Shown: one piece after another, positions 35,808 through 46,400 of the stretch
Layout: each line of letters starts with the position of its first letter
Numbering within the stretch: position 1 is the first letter of the stretch
Source of the DNA: an uncultured Gammaproteobacteria bacterium
GTDB taxonomy: Bacteria; Patescibacteriota; Microgenomatia; Levybacterales; GWA1-39-11
Direction of reading: 5' to 3'
Assembly (NCBI GenBank): GCA_964485575.1
Contig: CAZAJO010000004.1
Coordinates: forward strand, 25,307-89,306
DNA: 64,000 nucleotides
Position numbers and translations under genes: made by a program
Notes under the pieces: model-generated
What the model was told of the DNA's origin: nothing
The model's input: the letters and a program-made list of their open reading frames with translations, nothing else
Databases searched by the model: none

Positions 35808-36983
35808 CTAATGTAAAAATGACAAAGGGTTGTAGAAAGTACCGCCACTTCTGACTTCGAAATGAAGATGGGCACCTGTTGTTCTACCTGTCAAACCCAC
35901 CCAACCTACCACGGTCTGCCCTGCAACCACGCTTTGTCCAGAACTTACATTTAATCCACTCATGTGTGCATAGAGTGTCTGATACCCATTGCTTCCACTT
36001 ACAATAACATGCGTTCCATATCCATAATTCCATCCTCCAGCGACTGCATAACTGACTGTTCCGCTTGAAGCTGCGACAACTGGGGTTCCAACAGGTGCTC
36101 CAATATCAATTCCTTGGTGGTACCAACTATAGTATTGGTTCATGGTTCCCTGTACTGGCCACGCAAACCCGGATCCTGAGACAGAAACTGATCCTGAAGG
36201 TATAAATGTGCGCCGCGCTATGTAAGTTGGAGCCGACCTCGGCGGAACTCCTTCAGGCACAATAAGGGTTTGACCTATGACAAGTGAAAAGGTCTGTGGA
36301 TCTGCAAAATCATTGAATGGAAAATCAACTATTCCCTGTGCATTCGTGCTGTATTTCTTAGCAATTGTGTAAATTGTATCTCCTGAAGTCACTTTATGAG
36401 CTACTCCGCTTACTGGAAGTATCTGCAAAGTGTCTCCTACTGTTATATCATCGTCAGTCAAATCATTCTGCCAACGTACAGTATCTTCAGATACTGCAAA
36501 TTTCTTGGCAATTCCAGACAATGTGTCTCCCTTCTGGACAGTATAGGTAATGATCTCTGATCTAGGTTTGTCTGAAAGCTGGGTATGAAATACGTCTTGA
36601 GGTGCAAGACTTTGCTTTTGCTCTGAGATATCTTGGGCAAAAGAAAGAAGGTTTTTATCTTTTGAAAAAGGGTTTTGGTCTGTGATGAACGGGGAAATAA
36701 GCACACCAAAAGAAAGAACAGCCATGGCTGCAACATGAAGGAAAAACCGATTGCGCTTGCCGCGCTTTATCAAAATAGATTTAACGACGGTATTTTTGTT
36801 CTTCTCAAAGATGTTGGAGAAGAACATTACCTTGTCTTTTGTGTATGTCGAAAGGAACAAAAGAAAGCTCCCAAACTCACTTTTGAGGTAAGAAAGCGAT
36901 TTTAAAGCATTTTTGAAAAACGAGGGTTTTTTTGCTCCTGTATGAACTTTGCCCAATGAGGGGGCCATCTTGTGACGATTCAT
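35808..36983 (-). CDS. LysM-domain M23 family peptidase
   Basis: Two LysM motifs (YTVQKGDTLSGIAKKF, HKVTSGDTIYTIAKKY). C-terminal M23 signature GLTGRTTGAHLHFEV. Confidence 0.85.
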   Translation of the reverse strand: MNRHKMAPSLGKVHTGAKKPSFFKNALKSLSYLKSEFGSFLLFLSTYTKDKVMFFSNIFEKNKNTVVKSILIKRGKRNRFFLHVAAMAVLSFGVLISPFITDQNPFSKDKNLLSFAQDISEQKQSLAPQDVFHTQLSDKPRSEIITYTVQKGDTLSGIAKKFAVSEDTVRWQNDLTDDDITVGDTLQILPVSGVAHKVTSGDTIYTIAKKYSTNAQGIVDFPFNDFADPQTFSLVIGQTLIVPEGVPPRSAPTYIARRTFIPSGSVSVSGSGFAWPVQGTMNQYYSWYHQGIDIGAPVGTPVVAASSGTVSYAVAGGWNYGYGTHVIVSGSNGYQTLYAHMSGLNVSSGQSVVAGQTVVGWVGLTGRTTGAHLHFEVRSGGTFYNPLSFLH

Positions 36984-37030
36984 GGAAGTCTAAGTGTACC
37001 AAATGAGGTATGTGGAAGCAAGTTTTGTAC

Positions 37031-38569
37031 TCACTCTAGGTACGTTTCAAGTTGTTTGAATGCTTTGTTAGCACTCAATTTGCGAAGTGCCCTTGCTTCT
37101 ATTTGCCGGATCCTTTCACGGCTTACACCAAATTTCTTTCCTATTTCTTCTAAAGTGTGTTCATGACCATCTATAAATCCGAATCGTAGATCTAATATAA
37201 CTCGTTCTCTCTTACTGCACACTCTTACAGCAATCTCAGACATCTTTTCTCTTAGTTCTTTTCTTTGAGCTTCATTTATAAACGAATTTGACTGAGGATC
37301 TGCAACAAAATCACCAAGCGTACCCTCTGAATCGGAAAACAATCTTCTATCTAGAGAGCCTATACCTAACGCTGCGAATCCACTTTTGACTGTTTCACTA
37401 GCTTCCTCTAATTTGCCGTCTTTTAATGCTTTCATCATAGCTTCATAAGTTTGGGAAGGAATACGTATGTCGCGTGATTTATCTGTCAATGCTCTTATCA
37501 TTGATTGTCGGATCCACGCTGTTGCATATGTAGAGAACCTAAATCCCTTTCTATAATCAAAATAGGCAGCCGCAACACTAAGACCAATCATTCCTTCCGA
37601 AGTTAAATCCTCAACACCAAAACTAGTTCTCCTATATCTGGTTGCATTAGATAGAACCAAACGGTAATTTCTCATAACTAATTCATCAAATGCTATTTCC
37701 CCCTCAGAGAGATCATTTTTGTATTGTTCAAATAGTTTTTGAAGCTCCTGTTCCCTATCTTCTTTGATCTCTATATCAAGTATTTCTTGAATTTTCTTAT
37801 TGATCTGATCAGTTAAGGCTAAACCTACTTCAGGTAAAGGAGTGTGTTCATCTCTTTCTTCTCCTTCATCCTTCTGATTTCCTGATTTCTCTCTAGCGGA
37901 AAAATGACTTAATAAAAATTTTGCCCTATTACTTCCTAACGCTTTTTCTATGATATCAAGACTTTCTTCGTTCAATCCCTGTCTATCAATTCTTTTGAAA
38001 GCAAATAATATTAACTTAGACCACTGTATTTTTGAACCCAAGATCATCTGCTCTTGCAGCTCTGGAAATTCAACTTGACCAAAAAATGATGCGAGTTTTG
38101 TTATCTCACTATCAGACTCAAACATAGCCAAATCAAGCGATTCCTCTCGAGTTAAAACAACAGATTTTTCAATTATAGGAACCTCACCTGTAGGTCTTTT
38201 AACTTTTGGGCGATAAGGTGCATTCCTTGGACTTGAATTAACTCTTCTTGAAGGTACCTCGTTCTGAGACCTAATAAATTGCTTCACTTCATCTAATACT
38301 GAGGGTTGGTAAATTTCATCTCCAAAAAATTCTGTGGAGCTTTGTTTTCTAAATCGTCTTAGTGCATCACTCAACTGACTTAAATCAGCAATGCCCAAGT
38401 AATCCATAGCCTGTTGCTTCACTTCAGATAATGGCACTTTACCACCTGTAGTATATGGCAATACTTGCTCAGAAGGATTCAAACCTAAATTAATTTCAGG
38501 AACTTGATTTGCTTGGTTTTCAGGAATTTTGTCTGGCGGAATATCTTGGATGGCTTGTTCTGGATTCAT
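37031..38569 (-). CDS. rpoD: RNA polymerase sigma-70 family primary-like sigma factor with long N-terminal extension
   Basis: Region 2 (YRLVLSNATRYRR...EGMIGLSVAAAYFDYRKGFRFSTYATAWIRQ) and region 4 (TLEEIGKKFGVSRERIRQIEARALRKL). Confidence 0.85.
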   Translation of the reverse strand: MNPEQAIQDIPPDKIPENQANQVPEINLGLNPSEQVLPYTTGGKVPLSEVKQQAMDYLGIADLSQLSDALRRFRKQSSTEFFGDEIYQPSVLDEVKQFIRSQNEVPSRRVNSSPRNAPYRPKVKRPTGEVPIIEKSVVLTREESLDLAMFESDSEITKLASFFGQVEFPELQEQMILGSKIQWSKLILFAFKRIDRQGLNEESLDIIEKALGSNRAKFLLSHFSAREKSGNQKDEGEERDEHTPLPEVGLALTDQINKKIQEILDIEIKEDREQELQKLFEQYKNDLSEGEIAFDELVMRNYRLVLSNATRYRRTSFGVEDLTSEGMIGLSVAAAYFDYRKGFRFSTYATAWIRQSMIRALTDKSRDIRIPSQTYEAMMKALKDGKLEEASETVKSGFAALGIGSLDRRLFSDSEGTLGDFVADPQSNSFINEAQRKELREKMSEIAVRVCSKRERVILDLRFGFIDGHEHTLEEIGKKFGVSRERIRQIEARALRKLSANKAFKQLETYLE

Positions 38570-38607
38570 TGAGCCAATTATAGCAACGATTTACTGCTAA
38601 AACAGGG

Positions 38608-39825
38608 CTATTCCTTGCCTAAGCCGTTGAGGAATTCTTCGTTTGTTTCAGTCTGTTGGAGTCTTTCTATAAGAATTTGAGTACGCTCATCAGGTCCTAA
38701 TACATCCATCATTCTTCTCATGGTGGCAATCTTTTTGTAATCCTTCTCAGATAACAATAGCTCTTCTTTTCTGGTGCCTGAACGCTCAATATTAATTGAA
38801 GGGAATATGCGTCGTTCTGCAAGTCTACGGTCAAGATGAAGTTCCATATTTCCAGTTCCCTTAAACTCTTCATAGATAAGATCATCCATTCTGCTTCCGG
38901 TATCAACTAATGCAGTTCCGATAACAGTTAGAGATCCACCCTCTTCACATTTTCTGGCTGCTCCAAAAAATCTTTTTGCAGGCCAAAGTGCAGCAGGATC
39001 AAATCCTCCCGTTAATGTTCTTCCTGACGGTTCAATTGAAAGATTGTATGCGCGTGCAAGTCGCGTTATTGAATCAAGCAGAATAACCACATCTGCTCCA
39101 CCTTCAACGAGTCTTTTCGCTCGATCAAGAGCAATTTCAGCTGCATTGGTTTGTGCTTCCGGTGGTTCATCAAAATTTGAGGCTACAACCTCGCCCTTAA
39201 CTGATCGTGATATATCTGTTACTTCCTCAGGGCGTTCTCCAATAAGACATGCCATCAGATGAACTTTGGGGAAATTTTCAGCAATTCCTGCTGCTAGATC
39301 CTTTAGAATAGTAGTCTTTCCTGCTTTAGGAGGGGATACTATCATTCCTCTTTGACCAAAACCAATTGGACTTACGATGTCGATGATGCGTGATGACAGT
39401 GGTGTTTTACCGGTAGAAAGAACAAGCTGCTTTATAGGATATATAGGAGTCAGGTCTTCAAAATAAACTCTTTTGACACCCTCGGCAGCTATTTTGCCGT
39501 TAATTTTTTCGATCTTCAAAAGTCCATAATATCTCTCGTTGTCTTTTGGAGGACGACCTAGACCTTCAACAAAATCCCCATTTCGTAGCCAAAAACGTCT
39601 GATTTGGGAAGAAGATATATAAATATCTTTTTCTGAAGGTCTGAATTTTGGGCGTAAAAACCCGTGTCCTTCAGGCTTTATGTCTAAAATTCCTGCAACT
39701 ACTTCAGTTGCTTGGTCACCGCGTGGACGTCCATACTCTCCCCTATCTTCAACCATAGGAGTTGCCTCCACAGGCTGTGCTTGGGATTCATCAATGTCTT
39801 CTTGAGATTTCTTTACTGGACTCAT
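38608..39825 (-). CDS. rho: Transcription termination factor Rho
   Basis: Walker A GQRGMIVSPPKAGKTT, plus the RNA-binding and ATPase cores (LIGERPEEVTD). Confidence 0.9.
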   Translation of the reverse strand: MSPVKKSQEDIDESQAQPVEATPMVEDRGEYGRPRGDQATEVVAGILDIKPEGHGFLRPKFRPSEKDIYISSSQIRRFWLRNGDFVEGLGRPPKDNERYYGLLKIEKINGKIAAEGVKRVYFEDLTPIYPIKQLVLSTGKTPLSSRIIDIVSPIGFGQRGMIVSPPKAGKTTILKDLAAGIAENFPKVHLMACLIGERPEEVTDISRSVKGEVVASNFDEPPEAQTNAAEIALDRAKRLVEGGADVVILLDSITRLARAYNLSIEPSGRTLTGGFDPAALWPAKRFFGAARKCEEGGSLTVIGTALVDTGSRMDDLIYEEFKGTGNMELHLDRRLAERRIFPSINIERSGTRKEELLLSEKDYKKIATMRRMMDVLGPDERTQILIERLQQTETNEEFLNGLGKE

Positions 39826-40047
39826 ACGTAATTTCGAGGCTTAATTTGTCTGGAAAATTAACGAAGCGGAAAAATTAAAATTTTACCGAACGTTACAATT
39901 ATTAAACCACGCACCCTCAGGAAAGTCAATGGGTTATTAAAAGGCCAAACTGTAACAACCCATAATAATTAGAGTGATGTAAAACTATAAGCTACCCTAT
40001 TCCCTAAATCCTACAACCTATCACCTCACCTAAGCATCCTATAACAC

Positions 40048-40076
40048 TTGACAAACAACTCTTTCTCTGTTACAAT
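40048..40076 (+). promoter_or_regulatory. Canonical sigma-70 promoter TTGACA-17-TACAAT
   Basis: Seen directly, 12 nt upstream of the ATG at 40089. Confidence 0.5.
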
Positions 40077-40088
40077 CCCAAAATCAAT

Positions 40089-40787
40089 ATGAATTTTAAA
40101 AGATTTGTCGCAACATTTTTTGCTACAGCAGCTTTTCTTGCAACCGCAGGAAGCGCTATAGCTTCTGGTACCGGATATGGTACAAGTAACTGCCAAGTAA
40201 TCTACGGCGGAGGACAAGTTTGTCCAACAACCCTACAATTCTCTATAGATAAGAAAGTTCTTGCACCTACTAAAGGTGGGTCATTTGTTGATAATCTTGG
40301 ATTTAATGATGCAAAATTCCAACCAGGAGATCAGGTTTCATTTAAAATAACTCTAAAAAATACCGGAGACAAGACAATTGACCAAATAACTGTTGTTGAT
40401 ACTCTTCCAGCTTATCTTACATTTACATCTGGACCTGGAACTTATGATGCAACTTCAAGAACCGTTACCTATATCATAAAGAATATTGCTGCTAACCAAT
40501 CAAATGATCAGACAATAGTTGCTACTATCGCAAATGTTGATGCACTTCCAAAAGATCAAGGAGTTATGTGTCTTACAAACAATGTAAAAGGTAATGACAA
40601 TCAAAGTGACGTAGCAAACGATAGCTCTTCTTTTTGTATCCAAAAAGAAGCTATGACTCCAAAAGTATTCACAACAGTTCCACCTAAATCTATCCCAAAT
40701 ACCGGACCTGAAATGCTTCCTTTGCTTGGGCTTATCCCAGCTGGAATCGCAGGATTTACACTTCGAAGAAAATCAAAACTCGGATAA
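40089..40787 (+). CDS. Secreted surface protein with C-terminal sortase-type sorting signal (IPNTG + hydrophobic segment + basic tail)
   Basis: Signal peptide. C-terminus IPNTGPEMLPLLGLIPAGIAGFTLRRKSKLG. Confidence 0.6.
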   Translation: MNFKRFVATFFATAAFLATAGSAIASGTGYGTSNCQVIYGGGQVCPTTLQFSIDKKVLAPTKGGSFVDNLGFNDAKFQPGDQVSFKITLKNTGDKTIDQITVVDTLPAYLTFTSGPGTYDATSRTVTYIIKNIAANQSNDQTIVATIANVDALPKDQGVMCLTNNVKGNDNQSDVANDSSSFCIQKEAMTPKVFTTVPPKSIPNTGPEMLPLLGLIPAGIAGFTLRRKSKLG

Positions 40788-41244
40788 CGCCCGAGTCTAC
40801 GAGGGCGCAAGCTTTGCTTACGCCCACTCGTTAGGCTTGAGGTTAGAGAAGGCAGCTTTCACCAAATCACCCCAACAAATTCCCAAAAAGCTTTCTTCCC
40901 TGACTTTTAAGTTAGGAAAGTAGTATGCAGCAGACTATCCATTAGCTGGATAACTTTGCACCATATACCACTTTGTTCTTTGAAAATTGGTATACAGAAA
41001 TTATTTTTGGAAGACACTTCGGTGTCGGATTGAGCGTTCCGTTGGCATGAAAGCTGCACAATGGGCCGCTCAACCCGGCACTGTAAGTTACAACCGGGAA
41101 ACTTCACTTACAAGGAGAACATATTGGAGGCTCGATCTCCGCCCACCATTCCCCAACCGCAAGGTTAGGATCAAAGAATGTGAGCGGTATCGTCCGCCTA
41201 CATTCTTCCTTTAAGTCAGAGTTCAGTTCCGGAGGAACAACACC

Positions 41245-42177
41245 TTGTCTAGGTCATCCCAAGTTTGGGTCGTGTTCAGTATCATCGTCACCGCTATCGC
41301 GGTTGGCTGGGGTATGCACACGCTCGACAACACGGATTCTGCCATCGCGGACGAACCGTCCACGACGGCAACCGCCACAGTGGCGGCCACCCAGACGCCC
41401 AACCCGGGCGACAAGAAGGACCAGCCGCCGGCGCCTAGCGCCGTCTGCCGTCTTTCGGTCATCGGGCCTTGGTCCGAGATCAATGGCACCGCCCCCTACC
41501 GCATCGAAGTCGGTGGAGGCGATGTTCAGCACATGGACTTCTACCCCACGATTGGGGTCCAGTCCATCAGCTACATCGTCGACTCCCTTCCACGCGGCGG
41601 CGTCGCCGCCAAGTGGTACGGGTACGGCCAGATGTGGCAGGGCAACAAGCACGAGTGCGCTAACTTCGACTACGTCAAGGACGCCGTCGAGTACGCGAAG
41701 GGTAACGCCAGCGGCCAGCCCGGCCGCCTCCAGCAGGGCCACAGCGGGATCGTCATTGATCTCCGCGGTGGCAACTTCAAGATCATCGAGAAGCCGAAAG
41801 GCTGGACCGAAGATCAGATCGATGCCCTCATCGCCCTCCACAAGGCGGCGATGAACCCTGCCAATCCGCCTACTGCTGGTGCTGTTCAGGCTCCCAGCGG
41901 CAAGTGCGAAGCCGTCCGCGTTATGCAAGACGAAACCAAGCGCCCCAACGGCGCCAACAGTATCGTTAAGCTTGGCGGCGACGGCCACGCCTACGTCTTC
42001 GAACTCTGGAATCCAGAAGTTCAGGGCGGCAAGGAGATGAAGGTCCTGATTCCTGCAGGCGAAAGCCGTACGTTCACTGGTTTTGGTGGCGCCGCATGGC
42101 AATACCCAACCACGTGCACGGCTCAGCAGATCAAGGACGACTTCAACAACAACCCGAAGCCTGCCTATACCGGTTAA
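41245..42177 (+). CDS. GC-rich, N-terminally membrane-anchored hypothetical protein (310 aa); TTG start with GGAGG RBS
   Basis: ggagg at 41231..41235 and ttg at 41245. TM VWVVFSIIVTAIAVGWG. G/C-dominated third codon positions, unlike the flanks. The antisense ORFs in the track (41254..42102, 41180..41854) are GC-composition artefacts. Confidence 0.6.
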   Translation: MSRSSQVWVVFSIIVTAIAVGWGMHTLDNTDSAIADEPSTTATATVAATQTPNPGDKKDQPPAPSAVCRLSVIGPWSEINGTAPYRIEVGGGDVQHMDFYPTIGVQSISYIVDSLPRGGVAAKWYGYGQMWQGNKHECANFDYVKDAVEYAKGNASGQPGRLQQGHSGIVIDLRGGNFKIIEKPKGWTEDQIDALIALHKAAMNPANPPTAGAVQAPSGKCEAVRVMQDETKRPNGANSIVKLGGDGHAYVFELWNPEVQGGKEMKVLIPAGESRTFTGFGGAAWQYPTTCTAQQIKDDFNNNPKPAYTG

Positions 42178-42208
42178 TCCGGTGGCCGACTTCTCTGTAT
42201 ACCAAGCT

Positions 42209-42239
42209 CGGGATGGTCCCCTTCGGGGGGCCGTCCCGG
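42209..42239 (+). terminator. GC-rich UUCG-tetraloop hairpin immediately after the island-2 gene (terminator-like; weak U tract)
   Basis: cgggatggtcccc-ttcg-gggggccgtcccgg. Confidence 0.4.
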
Positions 42240-42347
42240 CAAGAGAGGGGAGGCGCTAACACCGCTTCCAAAGAACAAACCGGGCATGCCCGGCAGAACG
42301 CTTTGGAGTCGATTGCCTCCCCCCTTTCCCCCTGTACATAAAAACTT

Positions 42348-42578
42348 TTGTGTACAGAGCCGAAAGGTATGAAAATTTTACAAATAATAGTAATGGGAGT
42401 CATAGGAATAGGCCTTATTGGGGTCGTATATTTTCTTGGCATGAAGCATATCCAAAATGAAGCAATAGACAAATGTCTAGCCGTTGGAAAAGCACAATTT
42501 GTGAGAGATGGCCAGACTCTTACTGGTCCTGATGGATATTGGTATCAGTACTGTATGAAAGAAAAAGGGCTCAAATAA
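42348..42578 (+). CDS. Small single-TM protein (hypothetical)
   Basis: ILQIIVMGVIGIGLIGVVYFLG helix; native AT-rich codons. Short ORF, could be spurious. Confidence 0.4.
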   Translation: MCTEPKGMKILQIIVMGVIGIGLIGVVYFLGMKHIQNEAIDKCLAVGKAQFVRDGQTLTGPDGYWYQYCMKEKGLK

Positions 42579-42589
42579 AAAATATTAAT

Positions 42590-43477
42590 ATGAAAAAACC
42601 ATTAGTATCAGTCATCATGCCAGTCTATAATGCAGGAAAATTCCTAAAACCTGCAATCGATAGTATTTTGAATCAATCATTTCAGGATTTTGAACTTATT
42701 ATTATTGATGATGCCTCTTCAGATGGATCACTTGAGACATTGGAACAATACAAAAGACATTATCCTTTTAAGATAAAGGTTATCGAAATGAAGAAGAACC
42801 TCAATTGTGGTGGAGATAGATGTGCGAATGAAGGATTAAAAATTGCAAAGGGAACATATATTGCCAGAATGGATGCTGACGATGTTGCTCATAAGAGTAG
42901 GCTTCAAAAGCAAATAGACTTTCTTGAGTCTAATGAAGATGTATTTCTCGTCGGTTCAAACGCCTATGTGATTGATAAACAGGGAAAAATAATCGGTGAA
43001 AAAAATGAACCATCAACTCATAAAGAGATTTATAATTCCTATTTCTCTTTTCACCCTCTTATCCACCCTACGTGCATGATGAGAAGAACATTCAAAAACA
43101 AAAAGTTTAGCTACAAACTTTCATATAATGCCAATAATGACTATCTTACCTTCTTCACTCTTATTTGTAGTGGAGCAAAATTTGCCAATCTCAACGATAA
43201 ACTTTTGTACTATAGAATTCATGGAAAGAATGATACTTTCGTACATATGAAGCAAAAATTCATAAATACCATGAAGATCAGACTCAAGATGATCTCAAAA
43301 TATGGTTACAGACCAAGCAAACGGGCTGTAATACTTAGCATTATTCAAGCAACTGCATTTTTGATACTTCCCGAAAAGGTACTTTTTAATATGTACCTTA
43401 CGAGCCGCGGCATCATAAAAAGACCTGTATTTAATTTTTCATACAAAAATTTTATATCTGTGAGATTGAGTGCCTAA
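42590..43477 (+). CDS. Family 2 glycosyltransferase (start taken at MKKPLVSV rather than 42539)
   Basis: KPLVSVIMPVYNAGKFLKPAIDSILNQSFQDFELIIIDDASSDGS is the GT2 N-terminal signature including a DxD motif. Confidence 0.75.
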   Translation: MKKPLVSVIMPVYNAGKFLKPAIDSILNQSFQDFELIIIDDASSDGSLETLEQYKRHYPFKIKVIEMKKNLNCGGDRCANEGLKIAKGTYIARMDADDVAHKSRLQKQIDFLESNEDVFLVGSNAYVIDKQGKIIGEKNEPSTHKEIYNSYFSFHPLIHPTCMMRRTFKNKKFSYKLSYNANNDYLTFFTLICSGAKFANLNDKLLYYRIHGKNDTFVHMKQKFINTMKIRLKMISKYGYRPSKRAVILSIIQATAFLILPEKVLFNMYLTSRGIIKRPVFNFSYKNFISVRLSA

Positions 43478-46400
43478 TATGAATTTAGTCAAAAAAATAT
43501 GGAAAAACTTCTCTTACTACGCAGTAGCAAGCTTCGCTTACCCTCTGCTTCTCATAGTAATTGAAGCAGTAGTTTTTGCTGCAAATTTCACTCCAAAAAC
43601 ATACCTCATTGGCTGGGACAATGTCATGCCTGAGTTCAATTTGAAGTTAAATTACCTGAGAGCTTTAAGTGCTGTGTGGCAGGACTATAGAGGACTTGGA
43701 ACGCTGGATGGGATGGCACACGGTGCAAATCTCTTTCATGTTATGTATATCAATTTACTGAGCTTTTTCTTGCCTCAAAATATGCTCCGTTATTCATTTA
43801 TAGGACTTACTCATCTTATCGGAGGAATCGCTTTCTATTATTTGGCTGTGAAGCTATTCAAGAACAAACACGGGGCATTTTTGGGCGCCCTCTTTTATCT
43901 TTTTAACCTTGGGGTTATCCAAATGTACTTTGCCCCTCTTGAAGTATTTGCGATGCATTTTGCTGCTCTTCCTATTATGGGGCTTGCCATACTACATGCT
44001 ATAAAGAAAAAGACTAGAACCTCCTTATTTGTTCTAGGAGCTGCAAGTCTTATGACAACTCCACAAGCTTTTGTTCCAACAGTATTTATCTCCTACTCAC
44101 TTTTTGTAGCCCTACTTATGGTTTTTTCATTCAAAAAAACCTTGATCAAAAGATTTATTCTAATATTAGGAATTCTTTTTATTACCAATGCATTTTGGTT
44201 GCTTCCTTTTTCATATACTGCTCTTTTTAAGTCTGCCGTTGTCCAAAATACAAGGATCAATGAATTCTCATCTGAAGAGATCTATTACCGCAATAAGGCA
44301 AAAGGGAACATAACTGATGTCATGACTCTTAAGGGATTTATGATAGATACTATCGAATATGACTCATTTAAGAAAGAGAATTTTAACTTCATGCAAAAAT
44401 GGCTGGATCAGACAAAAACAGTATCATTTAAAATAATTTCTTCAGCAATCGCAGGACTTATGATCCTCGGGTCATTTCTTGTCATTCGTTTCAGGCTTAA
44501 ATCACTCTACCCATTTTTGGCTACAAATTTGATAACTCTCGTTCTTCTTGCCAATAATACTCCTGGCCTGACAATGGTTAATGATGGTGTTAGGACCATC
44601 TTCCCTCTTTTTGGTGAGGCTTTCCGCTTCCCCTTCACAAAGTTCATTACGGTTTTTGCTTTTACCTACGCGATGCTTTTTGGTCTTGGGGTGAGTTTTG
44701 CCATCAAATTTATCCTCAACGGCTTTTCTTCAGCCCTAAATCATATAGAGTTTTTAAAACATAGACTCAAAACTCTGTCTTTTTCCCTATACCTTTTGGC
44801 TATTCTTATATTATCCGCCTCTATCCTGTGGTACGCAAAGCCGATATTTACTGGTAATTTTACCTCACCATTTCTAAGACTTTCTGTACCTTCCGACTAT
44901 CAGGCAACGATGACTTATTTTAACGGTCAAAACCCCGATGGAAGAATACTTACTTTTCCGCTCAATAGTTTTTGGAACTGGGAGTATCGAAATTGGGGAC
45001 ACAGAGGTTCAGGCTTTTTATGGTATGGCATTTCCCAGCCTCTACTTATCAGAGCTTTCGACCCATGGAGTAACCAAAACGAACAACTCTATAACGAATT
45101 TGCCACATCTTATTCAAATAAGGATATAGCTTCATTTGATACACTTTTGAAGAAATATGATGTTTCATTTATATTAATTGATAAGACTGTTTTAAATACT
45201 ATATCTCCAAAACCAGTCGATTATGGTGAGGTTGAAGAATTCTTAAGTAAAAGCACATTGGTCAAAAAAGACGCATCTTTCGGAACTCAGCTTATATATA
45301 AGTCTAGAAAATTACCTTCAAAAGTAGCCCAACTACCACTTCTTAACACTATTAATTCTTACCCTGCAACATTACAACAATCAAAAGATACTTTAATTTC
45401 ATCATCAGGCAACTACTATGTATCAGCAAAAAATCCAGACATCATAACTCCCTTGCCGTCAATTTCAACATTGAAGTTACAGAAAGAAAACCAATTTAAC
45501 TGGCTCTACAAAAATAACGTCTTAACCTTTAGCTCGAAAAATGTACCATTCGAATCTAAAGGAAGAAAGATCCTACTTCCTTCCCTATTTAAGGATGAGT
45601 TCTTGATACCGGTCAGTAGTTCAACTGGAGAAAATACGGTCACAATAACACCGATATATCCAAATGTAGTCATTAATGGTAAAAGCTTAACAGTGCCGGT
45701 AACCCCTATTGTTATCCGTACAACAAACGTCACTTATCCAACAAAAATTAGTTTTGTAGATACAAATAATACGGTTGAAATTGGGGGTGATATCAACAGC
45801 TTTCTTCTAAATGACTTTACGAATACCATCAAAATCAGTGATGGTGTTAATGAAGAATACGCGACTATCGATACTACAACTGTTGAAAAATCTCCTATCG
45901 TCCTTGATATTCCATACGACAAAATAAGCTCATTTGAGATATCAGTGCCAACCTTTGATACCGAGCTTGGTAAAGCAAATTATGTAAAGAACAAGCAATA
46001 TATCATCACAAAAGCATCTGACCAATCAAAGATCAAAAACAAGACATCAAACTCAAAAACCACCATTACAAAAAATGGCGTAGGTCTTGAGACAATAAGT
46101 GATACTACTTCTCTTGATATATATCTTGACACTTTGTACCACGCTGCATCATACGCTGTTGTAGGCTCTATCAACCACAAAAAGGGTCTTCCTGTAAATT
46201 TTTATGTAGACAATCCAAAAGAATCAAAGCCAATCCTAGAGACAAAAATGGGTAATGGCCAAAATATTGCTATAGTTACTGGCACAGATACCTATTCAAA
46301 GGGGTATGGATTTCATTTCGGCGTAAAGTCAGTCGGCACTGAAATCGCAAACACGCAGATAAATGAGGTGAGCATATTTCCTATACCTCAAAAAACTATA

